A stretch of DNA of 64,000 nucleotides, taken from contig CM119269.1 in NCBI GenBank assembly GCA_051294375.1, positions 22,032,815 through 22,096,814 on the forward strand. The letters run 5' to 3'. Position 1 is the first letter of the stretch, and the number at the start of each line of letters is the position of its first letter. This document shows, one piece after another, positions 62,801 through 64,000 of the stretch. Source of the DNA: Paraspadella gotoi (lineage: Eukaryota; Animalia; Chaetognatha). The notes below the pieces were generated by a model. It was not told the DNA's origin, did no database searches, and was given only the letters and a program-made list of their open reading frames with translations. The position numbers and the translations under genes were made by a program.

Positions 62801-64000
62801 TTTTTAATGGCAAAAACGATTTAATAATAGACAATAAAAGTCGGACATTTTTCCACTTTTTTTTTTTAAGTCTTGATCAGCGATTTGATTTAGTAAAGTT
62901 TTTGTTTTACAAACATTGAGTTGGTAAGAAAGAGAAAGATTCCAAAAAACTTATATTGCCTATTAGATCGTTATTTCTGCCATAAAAAACTATCGTTTTT
63001 CCTTAAATATTATTACATTTTTTATAAATTTATTAATATTAAAATATTATTTTTTGAAATTTAAATTATCATTTATTTAAGCTGAAACTTAATTTAAAAC
63101 ATAACCCTAACTTACCCCTAACCTTAACTTTCCCATAACCCTAACTTAACCCCAACCCTAACTTAACACCCAACCCTAACTTAACCCTAACTTATTTTCA
63201 ACCCTAACCTTCCTTTCTAATTAATTAAATTTAATTTATCATAACTTTAATTTTTACTCAAATATTGATATAATAAAATAATAAATATTAAAAAATTATG
63301 ATATCTGAATTCCTTTAATTTTTTTTCTAAAAAATTATCCTCTTGAGTACGGTTTCTTTATTCTTTTTTTTCACGTTAATTCTTAAAGAAAAACCTTGCT
63401 CTTCATTTTACCATAGACCTCGAGAGCGTATTAATCTCCAGGAATGCCGTTAGGGTTTAGGAGTAGTTCGGGGTGTTTTTTGAAATAAAATTTGTAATAA
63501 AAAGTTTTTCTACTCTTACCAGTCTCCTTTTTCATTTTTGCGTAACAACATTTCTATACGTCGTTAATAAAAAGCAAAAAAAAAAAATTATAATAACAAC
63601 CGACCGCAAAATCCCGGTCGGCGAATTTGAAATAAGCCAAATTTAATTTTATATTTATAAAATGTTCTAAAAAAAATTAGAAAATAAGTTGTATAAAAAC
63701 AAAATAATAAACTGAAAAAAAGAATTTTTACGACAAAGGTCAAATATTTATAATGGTTTTTTTTTCATAGAGACCACATTATTTTCATTACAGTTAGCTA
63801 AATTAAAAATAAGGCGGCGCTTACTTTCTGCAAGCGGCTCCGGTCGGCGCAACGATTAAAAGCGAAAGTGTCGCTTCGCAGATACAGCGATCCTCCGGGA
63901 CCCTCGGTGGTCCGAAGAAAAAAGGGCGCGCCGTACTTGAGTGCGACGCCTGGGAGATCGGTCTCGGGGTGAACGGCGCAGACGATGAAGGCAGAACGGA
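59889..64000 (-). CDS. CFAP161: Cilia- and flagella-associated protein 161, 3' part (exons >64000-63825, 62064-61932, 60584-60491, 60015-~59889); mostly missed by the ORF track
   Basis: Spliced reading: RSAFIVCAVHP..ALKYGAPFFLRTTEGPGGSLYLRSD..RSRLQK|IDLTDRPSQNCEWKCLYLNPQMRMEMEGFPVPANTRLIIQHRQTG|RDLAVVEEQLLKTPFGKEYEIACHTYLDSHR|FEMPMNHY. EGFPVPAN and HTYLDSHR are CFAP161 motifs as I recall them. Phases are consistent. The true 3' end is uncertain: a further exon near 59690-59850 is possible. Confidence 0.85.
60790..60953. repeat. 18-bp minisatellite (CAACTGGCATAATTTGGT-like), ~9 degenerate copies
   Basis: Read directly from the sequence. Confidence 0.8.
61017..61800 (+). repeat. Three local ~120-bp repeats plus a fragment in a CFAP161 intron
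   Basis: TTTAAACTCTTTTCCACTC..ACGATTCCATCGAAACTT..CCTACCCACACACAAAATT..ATGAGTAA at ~61017, ~61541 and ~61686; fragment at ~61193. Confidence 0.75.

Overview
Eukaryotic, metazoan, probably invertebrate genomic DNA: GC/CpG-rich exons in AT-rich introns with many (GA)n, (TA)n and TAACCC-type repeats. There are no prokaryotic features. I recognise seven spliced or intronless genes by recalled protein motifs: follistatin (-), CFAP65 (-), HSBP1 (-), LRRC71 (-), CLUAP1/IFT38 (-), SCAF4/8 (+) and the 3' part of CFAP161 (-, running off the window end). There is also one orphan single-pass membrane protein gene (-). Most notable: (1) a 744-bp non-coding LTR mini-retroelement in a CFAP65 intron whose two 254-bp terminal repeats differ in sequence but keep the same hairpins and tRNA-like A/B boxes, with a solo copy 9 kb away; (2) a tight co-oriented cluster CLUAP1-LRRC71-HSBP1-CFAP65 that may be an operon; (3) two YDPTEPT motifs in the SCAF4/8 tail that mimic Ser2P/Ser5P Pol II CTD; (4) a follistatin with a strongly basic tail; (5) repeated tandem reiteration of exon ends and splice donors in CFAP65. 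All exon boundaries were read by eye and all homology calls come from memory, not database searches.
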